NCBI RefSeq assembly: GCF_001194135.2
Contig: NC_069002.1
Coordinates: forward strand, 2,488,252-2,551,804
DNA: 63,553 nucleotides
Direction: 5' to 3'
Origin: Octopus bimaculoides
Lineage: Eukaryota
Below the pieces are notes generated by a model. That model ran no database searches. It was not told where the DNA came from and worked only from the letters and a program-made list of their open reading frames with translations. Shown here piece by piece: positions 13,381 to 26,814 of this stretch. A program made the position numbers and the translations under genes. Positions within the stretch are counted from its first letter, which is position 1. Every line of letters starts with the position of its first letter.

Positions 13381-13760
13381 CCATCGGCATCTTCATTCAC
13401 ATCACCACCTCCACCATCATCATCATCATCACAGTCAACGTAGTCAACGCCGCTACCACAAACAACGACCACCGCTGCCGCCGCCGCAATTATTATAATC
13501 TTCAACAGTAAGCAGCAGCAACGCCAACAGCATCAGGACTACGATCGCCTGCACTCGCCTCCTCCTCCTCCTCCTCCTCCTCCTCATCATCATCATTATC
13601 ATCACCGTCGTTGTTGTAGTAATGGTGGTGAATTTGTGTATGGCGATGTTAATGATGCTGATATTGCAGCATTTCTAGAGGAGGGGGCCGCGGAGGTGGC
13701 GGGTATCGGTGGCGGCGGGTGCCGGTGTCAGTGGTGAAGAGTGGGGGACTAAATAGCTTC
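13345..13760. repeat. Degenerate trinucleotide tract (CAT/CAC/CCG/CCT) followed by a G-rich tract
   Basis: Seen directly. Confidence 0.85.
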
Positions 13761-14071
13761 GAATTAACATAGGCGTTGGCATTAGGTTATAGAAAGTGTT
13801 AGCTGGTTCGGTCACCTATTAGTTTATTCTTTTGATCTTGTCATTTGAATATTGTTAATTAATAGATGTAGACCAGACTTGCACTGATGTAACGTGTCCG
13901 AAGGCGGAGGATAGGTTATTTGCTGCCGTCGCCACTGTTGTTGTGTGGTCACAGTATTATCAAAGAGAGCAAAACAGAGACGTGTGGGGGAGGGGGAGAA
14001 GAGGCGGGCAGAGGATGAAATCTGTGATTTGAAGAGGAAGCAAGCAAAAATCGAAAAGGGAAAAAAATATG

Positions 14072-14073
14072 TT

Positions 14074-14137
<64 letters not shown>

Positions 14138-14151
14138 AAATTAGTAATAGC

Positions 14152-14202
<51 letters not shown>
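14072..14202. repeat. (TAG)n arrays running into an N gap
   Basis: Seen directly. Confidence 0.95.
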
Positions 14203-14376
14203 NNNNNNNNNNNNNNNNNNNNNNNNNNNNNNNNNNNNNNNNNNNNNNNNNNNNNNNNNNNNNNNNNNNNNNNNNNNNNNNNNNNNNNNNNNNNNNNNNN
14301 NNNNNNNNNNNNNNNNNNNNNNNNNNNNNNNNNNNNNNNNNNNNNNNNNNNNNNNNNNNNNNNNNNNNNNNNNNNN

Positions 14377-14416
<40 letters not shown>

Positions 14417-15234
14417 CATATACCTGAGTAAGCACATAAATGTAAAACAAGGTGGAAGAAAAGAGTACTCAAATGCGAGAGGTAGAGTAATCTGCTTTAT
14501 TTAAAAGCATCAGAAAAATCACACAAACTGTAACTCAGAGTTTCACGTTCCTGTAACAGTTTTCGTGATCTCTGCTGCTTTCTAATGAAGTATATATACA
14601 TAGATATAAATAAATAAATAAATAAATAACATATATATACATATATATATATGCACGTGTGTGTGTAAGTGTTAGTGCGTGTATCTTTGTGTGTGTGTGA
14701 GTGTGTGTAGGTATATATACACACACATATATATATTTGTGTAAGCAAATCGAAAATTAAAACAAAAATTCAAAAGATCGTACACATTAATTGTAGTAGG
14801 TTGACACTCAGTTTAAGATGGAAAAAAAGAGGAGTTGTGTTCGTATGCAAGCCGATGGGTCTGTCTCTGAGCACTCTAATTTTGTGTGTGCGTGTGTGTT
14901 GGTATGTGATTATGCATGTGCATAATACGATTCACAGCATAAAATAAACTAGGCTTTACCCACATCAAGATCACAAATAACAATCAGTGAGAGCCATCAT
15001 ACTCTCACAGATTACTGAAGGCTTTGTAAGTTACGGAAGAAGAGCGAATATGAAAGTATTTTATACAATAACTATATAATAATATATCATAATTATTATA
15101 TATATACTCCGATTTAAACCGGCATTTATCTAAACCATTGACTGAATAATGATGACCTAACGCAGGGCAGAATCGAACTCATAAATCAACGCTTACACGC
15201 CTCCTTGCACATCCGATATATGCCTCGTCATATA

Positions 15235-15268
<34 letters not shown>

Positions 15269-15539
15269 NNNNNNNNNNNNNNNNNNNNNNNNNNNNNNNN
15301 NNNNNNNNNNNNNNNNNNNNNNNNNNNNNNNNNNNNNNNNNNNNNNNNNNNNNNNNNNNNNNNNNNNNNNNNNNNNNNNNNNNNNNNNNNNNNNNNNNNN
15401 NNNNTATATATACATATATATATACACACACACATACACTCAAATATAGATGTATGTATGTACATAGGTGTACATGTTTTAAGAAATATATATATGAAGC
15501 ACTAAAATATATCCTTCCACCTCCTACAAAATTAATCTC

Positions 15540-16900
15540 TACGATTAACCCACATCGACAACAAACTGAACAATCACAAGATCAGCCCAACCAACAACAA
15601 CCATAACAAGTACAAAATTAGAAAGGAAACAAACCTAACAAAAACAGCAAAAACAAGAACTGACATCCAGCCCGCCATTATTACGATCTCTAATCATTTT
15701 GGCGACGGATTCTTTAAACTAGTCACCTAACCCACAATTATATCTTACGAGTGTAGTTACTAAGAGACGTCAACAGTAACTGACTTTACTGCTTTTGTAT
15801 ATTTGTTTTACTCCTGGGTTTTGGTTACATTTTTCTAGGATTTGTTTTCTTAATTTTTTTAGTTTTTGTTATAATTTTTCTTGCAGAACTTTTTTACAAT
15901 TTTTTTTATCTTATTTCTTTTCCTTTTTTGTGTATTTGATTTTATACGACAGTTTCTTTGTTTTTGTTTTGACTTTTTGTTTTAGATTAAGCTTTTATTG
16001 TTTGTTATATTTTACCGCTATGTTTATTCTTTGTATATTTTTTGTTCGTGATATTTTTCTGTCTGTTATTTCTTATTGTTTTGTTTGTTACCGCTTGTTC
16101 TTTATTTTTGGTATTTTATTTGGGGGATTGTATTAATATTATTTTTTGATAATTTGTTTTCATCTTACTTGCTGCCAGTACTTCAAAGCAAAGCCATAAA
16201 TGAATAATATTTTACAAAAGAGTTCGAACAAAGTAGTGCTGGTGAAAGTGGCGGTGGTATTTGTGGCGATGGTGATGATAGTGATTAAGGCAGTAGAGGC
16301 AACGTTGCTGGCGCTGGTGTTAGCTTTGGTGACAGTTGTGGACGCGTCGTGCCAATGATGGTGCTGGTCTGCTGATGATGTATTACTGAGAAACTATCGT
16401 TTATATAGTAGTGGCGATGTTGCACTTTTAAATGAGCGGCGGTGGATTAAATAGAAATGTAGTGGTGCACTTTCTTTTCACATAAAACTGGTCAGTTAAT
16501 CATTTGGGGCTTGGTAGTAGTGAGTGTATATAGTAGTGGCTGATTCGATGGTGGTTCCGCTATTTGCATCCATCGTCCGGTGAATCTTTGTGGTGGTGAA
16601 ATCTGGAGTTGGTCTATTGGTTTGATAGTAATGTTTAATGGCTGTTCGATAATGTTGTTCAACTGATTGTGTAACTGGGTTTGTAGTTTGAATATTAATG
16701 GAATTGACAAATTTGTCATTAATCTTAGTGGTGGTGGCAGTGGTGGTGTTAGTGTGAATGTGATTCCACAGATGATGATGACGCTGATTGCTAATTGTAC
16801 TGATGATCGGAGGCGTAGTGCTGTTGCAGACGGTGGTGACAATGGCGGCGATAATTATAACGTTCACAGCAATTTTTGATCGTTGTCAACGGTCTGATGA
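15540..16900. repeat. Strand-biased low-complexity DNA: A/C-rich at 15540-15700, T-rich at 15795-16160, GGT/GAT/GTA-rich at 16230-16900
   Basis: Composition seen directly. The overlapping Thr/Ile-rich ORFs are by-products of it. Confidence 0.75.
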
Positions 16901-17011
16901 TTGTGGGGAAGTGATTTTCGTACATCGGAGTTATAAGAGTTGATATTGTTGCAATATTCAAGTTAATAGACGCAGACACACACTCTGACACATACACATA
17001 ATCATGTTCAT

Positions 17012-17066
<55 letters not shown>

Positions 17067-17101
17067 TACACACACATATATATATTCACATACATATATA
17101 T

Positions 17102-17135
<34 letters not shown>

Positions 17136-17441
17136 NNNNNNNNNNNNNNNNNNNNNNNNNNNNNNNNNNNNNNNNNNNNNNNNNNNNNNNNNNNNNNNNN
17201 NNNNNNNNNNNNNNNNNNNNNNNNNNNNNNNNNNNNNNNNNNNNNNNNNNNNNNNNNNNNNNNNNNNNNNNNNNNNNNNNNNNNNNNNNNNNNNNNNNNN
17301 NNNNNNNNNNNNNNNNNNNNNNNNNNNNNNNNNNNNNNNNNNNNNNNNNNNNNNNNNNNNNNNNNNNNNNNNNNNTATGTATATATATATATATGTATGC
17401 ATGCACACAGATATATACATATATATATATGTATATATCTT

Positions 17442-17965
17442 TCAGCCTCTTTGCATTTTTGCATATGTTACGAAATCCCATTTATTTTTTCCTCCTAGCT
17501 TTTTCTTTTCTTCTTCCATTTCAGGTACGTTTTCCTTTTCAATTCTGAACAATCTCTCCATTTCACCCTCGTACAGTTGCACTCCTGAATCTTTATCCTT
17601 CGCTGGGACAACCGGCGCCTTTAACACTGTTTTCTCCTTCTGTATCTCTTTCTCGCACACTTTTCCAATTATTTTTCCCTTTCTTTCTCCACCACCTTCC
17701 TTCTGGTCGCAGCTTTCATTTCCACCTCTTCTTTCTTCTTTTTCTGGTTATCTCGCGACGGGCTCGCTCTTCCACTTCTCCTTTTTCTTTGCACCACCGT
17801 GAATCCCTCTTCCGCTGTTTCTTCTTCTATCTCCACCTGTACTACCCGGTGCGCACTCGCCCGCTGCTCCGTCTGTTCTCTCTGTGGACACCTCACTTTC
17901 ATGTGGCCTTTCTCCCCACATGAAAAACATATAGGCGGCGTGCCCTCCACTATCACTTTCTGCAC
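17442..17965 (-). mobile_element. Retrotransposon ORF1/gag-like fragment with a CCHC zinc knuckle (most like L1/Tx1), with one frameshift
   Basis: KVIVEGTPPICFSCGEKGHMKVRCP gives C-x2-C-x4-H-x4-C at 17888-17929, followed by a K/E/R-rich tail. Two ORF halves (17669-17965 and 17442-17660) are offset by one base in an A-run. GC content is clearly above the flanks. Confidence 0.75.
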
Positions 17966-18652
17966 ATGTCAATTTATATTGCGGCACATTTATATTGCGG
18001 CTCCATTCGGAGCCAACCAAATAGGGGTGTTCTACTTTTACGCAACACATACGTACATACATAGATATATATGTATATATGTATGACTGTGTACCAGTTT
18101 ATGCATATGAATGCGTTTATATACACCTATACAGACACATATAGCTGCATACGCTATTTCACCCACATGTGCTACAATACAAAACGGTTTTCGAAAATAA
18201 AATTCCGTATACCAAACATTTGTTTATTTATTATTATAATTACTTTTTTTTTCTATTTGGAATTTCACTGATGCTGACGTAAACATTTATCATTTAGAGT
18301 CACTGGGGCTTATTATTTATTTATTCATACAATTTAAGTTTATTCATTTTTTATTCATTTGATTTAGTTTGGTGATTTTTAATTACAATCATCATTTGTT
18401 TCTTTAGTTTCCTCGCTCAACAACTTATCCGTCTTTCATTTATTCTCAAATGTCATTGTTTGTTTCTTGGTCACTCAAGCTGATGAAAAGAAAATAAAGT
18501 GAAATGTATTTGTTTATTTCTATCTTCTTCTGCAATTCAGGAAACGAAACAGTTGCGTTTAACTCTTTCTCGTAGTCCTCGTTGAACGATTGCGAAATCA
18601 TAAAATGCATATCAGCAGTGTCAGGCATGTATACTGACATATTACTTATATA

Positions 18653-18684
<32 letters not shown>

Positions 18685-19059
18685 NNNNNNNNNNNNNNNN
18701 NNNNNNNNNNNNNNNNNNNNNNNNNNNNNNNNNNNNNNNNNNNNNNNNNNNNNNNNNNNNNNNNNNNNNNNNNNNNNNNNNNNNNNNNNNNNNNNNNNNN
18801 NNNNNNNNNNNNNNNNNNNNNNNNNNNNNNNNNNNNNNNNNNNNNNNNNNNNNNNNNNNNNNNNNNNNNNNNNNNNNNNNNNNNNNNNNNNNNNNNNNNN
18901 NNNNNNNNNNNNNNNNNNNNNNNNNNNNNNNNNNNNNNNNNNNNNNNNNNNNNNNNNATATATATACAGAAAATAGCCCGCCGTATATATACATGTGTGT
19001 ATGTGTATGTGTGTGTGTGTGCGTGTGTATTAAGGACTGCGTGCAACTTCCATATTTAT

Positions 19060-19900
19060 TTTGATAGTATTTATCTGCGTGACTTGCCTAATATGCAGTC
19101 TTGCATTATCTTGTAGGAGCAACAGTCCTGTACGTCTGACCAACGATAGGAACTTTTCCTACAAATTTTATCGCAATGCTTCTAAATAATGTCAGTGTTT
19201 CCCTGCACACTGCATTAAAGGTTTTGTTTTAGTTTAACACTCCATGACAGATGATACACTTCATCCTCTACCAAACACAGACCATAAATTATCCTGGTAC
19301 AGCACTACACTGAGGATAGAACTCCTCCTTTAGTGGGTATCAATCATTTTTATTATCGTTACATATCATTACCGAAAACCTACTTTCCATCACCTGTGGC
19401 GATTTTATCCAGGAAAGATTAGATATTAACTGTAATCTACTATGATGTATAGAGATCCACTTTGTAATTAAGCTGACAAGCAGGTAAATAATTAGAGACT
19501 TACTGATCAAATGTAGACACATCACATCGTTTTTGAAGATGGTTTATGGTCAAAGTGTGTCTTGAATTGAAATGATTCGCTCATTGCCTTGAAGTTTGCT
19601 TTGAATTTTTCTCAACTACGGTCTTCAGAAAATCAATACTGAGAAAATCCGGTCTCTAGATCGAGGGGAATTTACGACAGAAAGGTTTTCCTGAGCAGAA
19701 AGGGTCAAATATCATTGGTTTGTCCAGAGACTTAAAGTTTCATTTACATAGACTGAACGAATATTCTGTGCCGCTTGCATTGCAAAAGAGCTTCTTTTGA
19801 ATTCATATAGCCTGCAGTATCTCAAATGGCTCTGACCTTACATCATTTCAAAAGGGTAAAATCAAACGAGATAAACAATATGGCATAAAGTAGTCTGCAA
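19060..19900 (-). mobile_element. Decayed mariner (DD34D) transposase relic, lineage 1
   Basis: Minus-strand pieces NSPRSRDR (PRSGRP-like), SFLDKIATGDGK (FLDRIVTGDEKW), MVCVW--MKCII (MLCVWWDMKGII) and LLLQDNARLH (HDNARPH). There are many stops, and no TIRs were identified. Confidence 0.75.
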
Positions 19901-22249
19901 AGAATATCAAAACTGAGGAGTACTTAACCTCAGTTTGATAAAGTACCCTATAATGATAATATTAAACATGCGATAGGACTGGTTCTTCCTTTTTTTCCGT
20001 TATTAACTACATATTGGGAATTGACAACCTATCATCTACTGGACCTATATTTTTGTATAACAGTATAGGTTTAATATTTAAAACAATGTGTGGCGTCATG
20101 CAATGAAATACTTATTATGTGATTAGAACCTCAAGCATACACGTCTAGAAATGAATGCTTTTATGAAAATATATCCTACATAGTTTTGTAATTGAAGAAC
20201 ACTATATGTTTTAGCGAATGGCAAAAATAAAAAATAAAAATGACAGATAAACGTGACAGACATATTTAAGAAAAGAGATATGTATATATATTTTTTAATT
20301 TATATTAGCAGAAAAAAAGAAGGTAGAAAAATATTACTAAAATATATTTTCTTTTAAAAATCCCACATTTTTTATTATTTTTCTTTATCGATTATCATTA
20401 ACGAAAAATCAAAAGAAACAGGAAGATAGATTTGGAAAATTGCCAGAAGATGTTAAGTGCGAAGGAAATAGCTATGTTTGTGGCTCAGTCAGCATTAAAA
20501 GATGTGCTTTCATGCTGCGGTGAGAACTGGGGCAGGAAGGACGGGGAATTGTGGGAGAGAAGAAACAAAATGAATACTACATAAAAAAGAGAAAAATGTG
20601 AAATAACTTAGTTTGCCACCTACAGAGTTCTAGCTCTAACTTCTATAGGAATCCTTGTGAAATATAAAAGATGAAAAGACGAAAAGACAAGAAGGATTTG
20701 TATTTTAGGATTTTATTTGGGCTTTTTATAGATTTTTTGGCAAGAATGTAACTGTATTTAATGGGTAAGGTAAGGTGTACTTCGTCGAGGTAATGTGATA
20801 TATTGATTAAACACAGTCGTATTCCTGTAGTAAAAGATGTAATAGCTGTCATGAAGAAAAAACATTTTATTTAGAAATTAATAACAATAATTTCCTATTT
20901 TAGCACAAGGCCAGCACTTTCGAGAGAAAGGGAAGTTGGTTACATTGACTGATACTTATTTTATCAACCACGAAAGTATGAATCACAAAGGTGTGCAACC
21001 TTACCACGACGCTGTCTACATTAAAGTACCCCAATATGTTATTACTTGATCTTCACCATTTCAGCACTTCCTTCTGTATTATAAATTGTGTCCGTTTAAG
21101 TTTGTACTTAATATCTCCAAAACTCTCTTGCACAATTAGTCACATAGATCAAAGTAATACATATGCTACAGTGAATAGACGAACATTCAGCTTTTCGAAA
21201 ATGTTGTTAAGGAATTTCCGCTGAAATTAATAAAGCAACGTAAAAAAATTTGAAGAACAAAGCTAGAAGAGTGAGTCATAAAATATGTAAAGAGAAACGA
21301 TTGCGATACATCCGTGTCGATTATAATGAAAGTGGTATTATGATAAATTATTTCTTAAGACTAGTAACAGGAAAATTTTGAGTCAATTGTGGTACTTAAA
21401 AAGGTAGGAACATTGATGACAAAGCTTCGTAAATGCAATGTGTTGAAATTTTAAAGTCTGTAATAAGACTCACATTGAATGATTGTGTCGCGTTAATTGT
21501 AAACGCATTCCAGTTTTGCTATCATGTTCTAAAAACATTTTTGGTCTTGTAAGTTCTTCGCAAGCCACGGGCTTTGTATGTGGGTATATATGTGTGCGTG
21601 TATATATAAGAAATATAATTTATATANNNNNNNNNNNNNNNNNNNNNNNNNNNNNNNNNNNNNNNNNNNNNNNNNNNNNNNNNNNNNNNNNNNNNNNNNN
21701 NNNNNNNNNNNNNNNNNNNNNNNNNNNNNNNNNNNNNNNNNNNNNNNNNNNNNNNNNNNNNNNNNNNNNNNNNNNNNNNNNNNNNNNNNNNNNNNNNNNN
21801 NNNNNNNNNNNNNNNNNNNNNNNNNNNNNNNNNNNNNNNNNNNNNNNNNNNNNNNNNNNNNNNNNNNNNNNNNNNNNNNNNNNNNNNNNNNNNNNNNNNN
21901 NNNNNNNNNNNNNNNNNNNNNNNNNNNNNNNNNNNNNNNNNNNNNNNNNNNNNNNNNNNNNNNNNNNNNNNNNNNNNNNNNNNNNNNNNNNNNNNNNNNN
22001 NNNNNNNNNNNNNNNNNNNNNNNNNNNNNNNNNNNNNNNNNNNNNNNNNNNNNNNNNNNNNNNNNNNNNNNNNNNNNNNNNNNNNNNNNNNNNNNNNNNN
22101 NNNNNNNNNNNNNNNNNNNNNNNNNNNNNNNNNNNNNNNNNNNNNNNNNNNNNNNNNNNNATATATATACATATATATATATATATATACATTAAATGCA
22201 TGTATTTATGTATGAATTTATATAACAAGACCATCGATTAGATCGGAAA

Positions 22250-23330
22250 CAATACACTCATGTTATATATCATATACATCGCCATTGTTGATGTCAACAT
22301 TGTTGGCAGTACTTCAAAACAGTGAAACATTGCTACGTTCTTCAAAGTTTTCCTCTGTTTTGTACTGTATTTTCCTGTAAGCTTTTGGGTTGATGTTTCT
22401 ATATATTACATCCGCTCTTCTTTGTTGAGAAGTTTGCTATTTGCAGCTGCTTCTGGCGTTACTTCAGTGTTTCGTCTGCTTGTTTGTGAAATATACATAG
22501 AGTTTGAATCTAGTTATCTTGTCGAAAGCTCTGTTTTGTGACTTCTGTTATATTTTGCATTATTGGCTGGTACTTGTGTACAATATGTTTATGTGTAAGT
22601 TTCTAACGCGTCAGTTATGTTTCTCTTGCTGTTCTTGTTTATGTATTCGATTAAGTTTTCTGTGTTCCTTTACTTTGTGTATTCGTTTCTAGTGAGAAAG
22701 CTTTTGTCGTTTTTATAACAATGTTGTCATGACAAACACTCCACTGCACTTTCCACTTTTAGGCCATGCGTATCTCAGTCTCTGCTGGGTTTTCCTTTTA
22801 TCCTGTAATACTGTATTCAATCTAATCGTTCAACACTCTTGATCAGGCTTTCCTTACCCAGAACTTACAATGCCCATTCGTAAATTATATTCAGTTTTCG
22901 TCTAATAATGATGTAATAATGTCTTCATCAAATATGACTGTAACTTCAGTTTGTGCTTTCATAGCTTCAGAGAAAACGTGTTGTGTTTCATTTTTCGTCT
23001 TGCGTAAAGCTATTTGTTGAATGTTTAAATATATTTTTTTTGAATACAGCATATATTTGTTATTCTTATTGTGAATACTTTATGACAATTTTCGACTAGC
23101 AAAACAATCGTATTTACCTCGAAACCTATTAAATATTATAATTCCGTCGAAGAGAGTGTTCACTGTGTTTTAGATGGAGTCATTGAATGTATCAGTTTCT
23201 AGTCCTTGCTGACAGTTGAAAACTTACTTCTAAAGCTTATTACTGGAGGTGTTGTAGTCTTGATGCTATTTTATTTCTGTTTGAAGTGACTGAAGCATTT
23301 CGCTCTAAGTTTTACATTTAATTTTGGTGT
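22250..23330 (-). mobile_element. Possible old LINE (RTE-like) endonuclease-region relic
   Basis: Strongly A-rich on the minus strand, with weak motif remnants (TEVTVIFD, GIVSSG). Not firmly aligned. Confidence 0.3.
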
Positions 23331-23363
23331 GTTCCATTCATTAATAATTTTCCTGTATGAGGT

Positions 23364-23575
23364 GGCGAGTTGGTCGAATCGATAGCACGCTGAGTAAAAT
23401 GCTTAGCGTCACTTCGTCTGTCTTGACGTTCTGAGTTCAAATTCCACCTAGGTCGACTTTGCCTTTCGTCCTTCCGGGACCGATCAATTATTACCAGTTT
23501 AGCACTGGGGGTGATGTAAGCGGCTTCCACGCTCCATCGAAATTGCTGGACTTGTTCCAAAATATTATTTCATTA
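23364..23575 (+). mobile_element. SINE family B, best-preserved copy (tRNA-derived head)
   Basis: A-box-like ggcgagttggtcgaatcg, B-box-like gagttcaaattcc, central gtcgactttgcctttcgtccttccgggaccgat...taccagtttagcactgggggtgatgtaa, and an AT-rich tail. Confidence 0.85.
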
Positions 23576-25191
23576 TTTGCGTTTTATTTAAATCATGTGT
23601 CACCTTCTAGACGAATGCACGTTTGACAATGTGGCATATCATTCTATGTAGATGGGTTGGTAACACGGAATGTTCGTTGCAGGAATATCTTTGATCATAC
23701 TCTGCTCCATTGATGATAATCCATTACGGAGCAACAAGAACACCAGCAATACAAACAAGAAATACCTGATAATGAAAGTAAATTAAAAATCCACAAAGTG
23801 GCTTCTTGACCTGCTGGGTCTAACAAAATCTCCCTTACAGAACAACACACTGAAATAAATATAGGAAGCAATTCCTGTTATGTTATCCGGTGTAGCAATA
23901 TTCCTTAGGATGGTCCAGTCAAGGCTTCAAAGTCGATTGTAACTCCGTTGGCGTTGCCAACTTCGTGATTATGAAGGAGCCATTACCTTATTATACGTCT
24001 GCATTACACCGATAAGTAGGCACTCAGAAATTTGAATGTACAATACTGTTTCGATCCAGAAACTGCAACTCTTCATACGTGCTTAGTCTATGTCAAAGCA
24101 AAGGCAGGAATGCAGTACAATTCCATTACATTTTTTTTTGTTCTTTGTTGTTGTTGAACAAAAGCTAGAAAAGAGAGAAAGATAAGAAAACGGAGCCATT
24201 TCCTAAATCAAAAGAATAGTTTTCAATAACTTCCCTGTTTGTATTTACATAGAACTGTTTATATTAACAGGGACAACAAACGTAGACAAAAAATAAAAGC
24301 AATAAGAAACTAACACTACAAATAATATCAACGATAGCAACAAAACACACCATAAAATTCGCAGCAACAATAACAAAGCAATGTTTCAAAAAGAAAAGTA
24401 GTAAGAGCGATACCTTGGTTAATGATATTCAAACGCATTTATTCCTACATATGAAAAATCTAATACAAGCATAAAAACCGAAACACAGGCGCAAACGGAG
24501 CAGATACAGAAGCACACACAAGCACACACTCAGACAGTTGCACATAGATGCACATGCATGCATTCCAATTTCCATAAACAATCACAGACTTACAGTTGCA
24601 CATGCACATCCATACAGAGAAGAACAAGACGACAATTTCAGACATAAGATGAAAACGCTTTTGTCTCTCAAATACAGATGTGAATATCATGATAAACCAG
24701 TTTGCGCTACATTACACGCCATTTTATGACAAGATATCACTAATGAATGTGTATTTGATTAAAGACTTTAATATGTGTAATATGCAGCTGTAAGATAGCA
24801 CATGACAGGAATTTAAAGTGTCCTTATTAATAGCTACGGTCAGTGAAGTTAATATGTTGTTGGACGTTCTGAGAATGACGTCAACACGAGCTTTCTGTTT
24901 TTCTGTTTCTCAAACCAAATGTGCACGTACATACGTACATACATAAATACGTACATACATACATACATATGTACGTGTGCTGTGTTTGTATGTGTACATA
25001 AACGTGCATATTTATATATAGTCACATATATGTATATCTATATACATATATAGATAGACAGTTAGATAGATGAATATATATACAGACATATATATGTATA
25101 CTTATATATACGTCTATATATGTATACATATATATGGATATATGGATATATATATGTATGAGTATATACATATATATGTATGAGTATATAC

Positions 25192-25242
<51 letters not shown>

Positions 25243-26049
25243 NNNNNNNNNNNNNNNNNNNNNNNNNNNNNNNNNNNNNNNNNNNNNNNNNNNNNNNNNN
25301 NNNNNNNNNNNNATATATACAAACACACATTTCTCCCCTGTCAGTGCATAAACATATATACAAACATACATACATATTTAGATAGATAGAAATAGATATA
25401 GATACATACAGATTATATAGAGGGATGTATACACAGAGAGAGAAGTAGAGAGTAAGTTAGTAATGTGTACGGCTAATCCATGATCGACGTAAAATAGAAT
25501 TCAACACATGGGTAGTGCAAATGTTTAATGTATCGGTTATAGTTCAACTGAACATTTCGTGACACCATATTGAGCAGATCTGAAAGACGTAACAATGACA
25601 ATTTTAATGAAGCTAGTTGTTATGTATTATTTTAGAATTCTTTTACAGTGGAACACAAAGATAGAGAAAGGAGGAATAAAAGAACACATAACGTCGAAGA
25701 TGCAGTATTATCAACTGTTTCCTGTCGAAGCATGAGGTCAAATTGAAAATGTTCGAACTAAAATAGTATGCAGACATTTCCTGCCAATCAACTTTGCCGT
25801 GTTAATCGTCTGCCGTCCGTTCATATACATCGTCCGTTAAAAATGGCCGCCACATTTATATTTTTTTCTTTTCCTGTCAAAAAAGACAGCTTCCACGACA
25901 TATTAACGACCAATTTCCTATTCTCGCACCATTTTCGCTCTAAGATGTTAAGATAGACAGTCAATTTGATATATACACACATACACATGACATAATATTC
26001 TAGCTTTTGTGACAATGGTTGTCGTGACAGTTTAACCACAGGTCTATTG

Positions 26050-26420
26050 TAATTGAGATGTTCTTTTTGTGAACGAATATATTCAAATCATGGTGATGAT
26101 GCCTCTTTATTAATGTGTTGCTGTCTCTGAGAGTCTGTTGAGGTTCAAAAATAGTCTGCTACTATTTTTAGAAGATTGAGCAACATACATAGTTGCTCAC
26201 TTCTTAATCCTTATCTCCATTAGCTCAAACCTTCAAATTACATGCTACCGGAAGCAAAATGTCGTTCTTTGGAAATATTATGTCGTAGAAACTGAACTCG
26301 CAAGGAAAGCACGACATTACAATTTCTTTAAAACAGACTGAAGAAATGTCACGCTTCATAAAGTGCTTAACTGCTCTACCTCAGTTTATGTCATGCTGAA
26401 TATTTTTAAAAGGAATGAAA
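26050..26420 (+). mobile_element. Possible RTE-type LINE 3' relic
   Basis: Translation KMSFFGNIMS resembles the RTE motif KL.YFGHIMR. Otherwise very decayed. Confidence 0.3.
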
Positions 26421-26679
26421 TAGTGCTATACATCATATCTACTTACTTAAAATTTCAAAGACTTCGTTCTAAGTGCACTAAAAGAGGGGAATATTTTAAA
26501 AGAGCCTTTCTATGTATCTTGTAACATTTTCTTCCATTTAGAATTCAGACATCTAATCAGACCAATTACTAATGAAACAGGATTATCCTCACTGTATTAT
26601 CTGGCTGCTAGGAGGCTCTGGATCATTGATCTATTAAGGTATGGTAAAGACCTCATTCATTCATGAATGACTATGGGAT

Positions 26680-26800
26680 TGCATGTCACAACTACTTTCT
26701 CCAGCTGAGTGAACTGGAGCAACGTGAAATGAACTGTCTTGCTCAAGAATAAACATACTACCTGGTCTCGGAATCGAACTCGCGATCTTATGATTGACAG
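26680..26800 (-). mobile_element. SINE family D head fragment
   Basis: Minus strand shows B-box gagttcgattcc (26770-26781) followed by cttgagcaagacagttcatttcacgttgctccagttcactcagctg. Confidence 0.7.
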
Positions 26801-26814
26801 ATTTCGACGCGATG

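Noticed and set aside
16492-16879. Thr/Pro/Ile-rich mucin-like ORFs
   Set aside because: Several frames on both strands are open because the DNA is low-complexity, and there are no splice or start signals.
20448-20520. Exon-like segment KMLSAKEIAMFVAQSALKDVLSCC|gtgaga; similar isolated candidates at about 13868, 54671, 59010, 59690 and 62970
   Set aside because: Weak acceptors or donors, no recognisable homology, and no consistent chain. They cannot be told apart from background.
22723-22737. Third X-box-like palindrome gttgtcatgacaaac
   Set aside because: The right half-site is imperfect and it sits within a probable LINE relic.
25839-25852. AAAATGGCCGCC YY1-like/Kozak-like motif
   Set aside because: A single short motif with no supporting promoter context or credible ORF.
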